A stretch of DNA of 63,742 nt, counting the filler, from Folioceros fuciformis (lineage: Eukaryota), in the NCBI GenBank assembly GCA_049999805.1. It is 9 parts of 9 records of this genome, joined end to end, with 100 filler letters (N's around TTAATTAATTAA, not from the genome) between each part and the next. Parts side by side here need not be neighbours in the genome. Positions count along the whole stretch, not along the records: positions 61,973 to 63,742 come from JBNGIO010005130.1; 8 more parts are not named here. One strand, given 5' to 3'. Both the position numbers and the translations under genes were made by a program. The notes under the pieces are model-generated. The model made no database searches and was not told where the DNA came from. It was given only the letters and a program-made list of their open reading frames with translations. Shown in pieces: positions 61,973 through 63,742 of this stretch. Positions within the stretch are counted from its first letter, which is position 1. Every line of letters starts with the position of its first letter.

Positions 61973-63742
61973 CCTCGGCACTCAAGACATCGTGGCTCCT
62001 TGACTCTGCGGCTACTACTCACATTTGCAGTTCCAAGCATATGTTTACTACCTATGAGGTTTCTTCTAATCCTCCACGGTACGTGCTCCTAGGAGATGAT
62101 TCCGGTCTTGCCATTCATGGCATAGGGACGGTAACCTTCAAATTAGAAGATGGTTCTATCCTTATGCTGAAGGATGTACTGTATGTTCCACAAATGGCCA
62201 AGAACCTTATCTCCATTCGTCATCTTGTGCACGATGGTTTTTATAAATTGGAGTTTGACAAATCCGCTTGTCTACTCTATCGCTCCTCTCAGCCACACAA
62301 GGTGGTTGCTAGAGGTTGTCTTCATAGCGATCTCTATATCTTTTCAGGCACCCTTGTGTCTTCCTCCAGTGTTTCTGTGGTGGACTCGACTAAGGATGCA
62401 GTGGCTGCAAGGCACTCACCCACCGAGCAAGTCTTTTTATGGCATTGTAGACTTGGGCACCTTAACTCTGCCAAGCTTCTTGCCATGTCCATGCAGGATC
62501 TCTACAGAGACAAGCTTCCCGCCTTGGCCAAGACTCCCCCATTTTGTGAAGCCTGCGTGTTGGCCAAGCAGCGTAGTGCTCCATACACTAGTCTTCCTGC
62601 ACACAGGGCGTCTCAGCCCTTGGAACTAGTACATGTGGATCTGTGTGGACCTCTACCTGTACCTTCTGTAGGCGGAGCTCGCCATTTTATGACGATTGTT
62701 GATGATTACTCTCGTTATACTTTTGTGTATCCGCTCCGTCTCAAGAGTGACTCCTTTGCTGTGTTCCAGCCTTTTGTCTCAATGGCCGAGTTGCACACAT
62801 GCTGCAAGCTGCGGTGCATTCGTTCAGACAATGCTGGGGAACTCAACAACTGGCTCTTCCAAGCCTTCTGTGAAGATAGAGGGATTACTCGCCAGTTTAC
62901 TGTCCCTTACACTTCTTCTCAGAATGGCATTGCCGAGAAGGCCAACGGTGATCTTATGGCCATGGCTAGAGCAATGCTCACTCAGTCTAGTTTGCCGAAG
63001 TCCTTCTGGGCTGAGGCTATCTCCACAGCTTCTTATATTAAGAACCGGCCGCTTACGAAGGCTGTTACTGGTCGTACACCTTTTGAATGCTGGTTTCGAT
63101 ACAAGCCTCTTATCTCTCACCTTCGGGTTTTTGGCTCTCCCGCCTATGCCTATATCCCTTCCCCTTTTCGAGATAAGCTTTCTTCTCGTGCACGAAAACT
63201 TGTATTTGTTGGCTATGGGGAGGACCGCAAGGCTTATAAGTTAGTAGATACTCAATCTCATGCACCGGTCTATGCTCGTACGGTAACTTTTGACGAAGGC
63301 TCTGTGTTGTCTCGTGGCCCTGTTCTGGATGGCGATGAGGATGATAGTTCTCACACTTCTAGTCCTCATCCCCTAGACGATCTATCCATTTCCTTTGACT
63401 TTACTTCTTCGTCCTTTCCTGATGCTTCTGTTCCAGAGGCACCTTCATCTCAAGCAGCTCCGAATTCTCCGGATGCTGCTCAAGGGGTGGAAACTGACGA
63501 TGATGAAGACGAAGACGTTGCATATCCAGACATAGATCCACCTTCTTCAACTCCTGTACCAGATGTGCCTATGACAGGTGACAGGACAGGGGATAGTGCT
63601 CCAGAGCGGAGGTATCCTTCACGTTTAAGACAGCCAAGACATTTGTGGGGGGAAAAACCATTTGATTTAGAATTTAATCAAGCTGGATTTATTGTTGTTG
63701 ATCCCACTATGTATTCTCTAGCCATAACCTCTGCTCTTTCAG
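61973..63742 (+). mobile_element. Ty1/copia pol (protease, GAG-pre-integrase, integrase); frame appears open to the window end
   Basis: SWLLDSAATTHIC, LWHCRLGH, CEACVLAKQ, LELVHVDLCGP, IVDDYSR, RSDNAGE, QNGIAEKAN, HLRVFGS. Confidence 0.92.

Overview
This is not one contiguous locus. It is nine contigs (1-7902, 8003-18162, 18263-28656, 28757-33180, 33281-46823, 46924-50337, 50438-56669, 56770-61872, 61973-63742) joined by artificial 100-nt N44-TTAATTAATTAA-N44 linkers, so adjacency across linkers is meaningless. The DNA is plant nuclear genome. An intron-containing psaK, a TORNADO1/Roco-like gene and the TE types suggest a non-seed land plant (inference). Most of it is nested, mostly degenerate retrotransposons: two chromodomain Ty3/gypsy elements, a non-chromoviral gypsy whose pol ends in a PHD finger, several Ty1/copia elements, solo LTRs with target-site duplications, and LINE-1 ORF1/ORF2 pieces. 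Host genes are a 7-exon GABA/proline-type amino-acid transporter (5' truncated), a copia-truncated LRR receptor-like gene, a complete 3-exon psaK and the last exon of a TRN1/Roco-like protein. The most notable observations are (i) the PHD-finger-tailed gypsy integrase, (ii) a four-copy family of uncharacterised domain+coiled-coil ORFs that look like TE accessory genes, (iii) an LTR with apparent non-canonical AG...CT ends and an atypical PBS, and (iv) a long L1 ORF1 with an extra conserved domain. All family assignments come from motif recognition by eye, not database searches.
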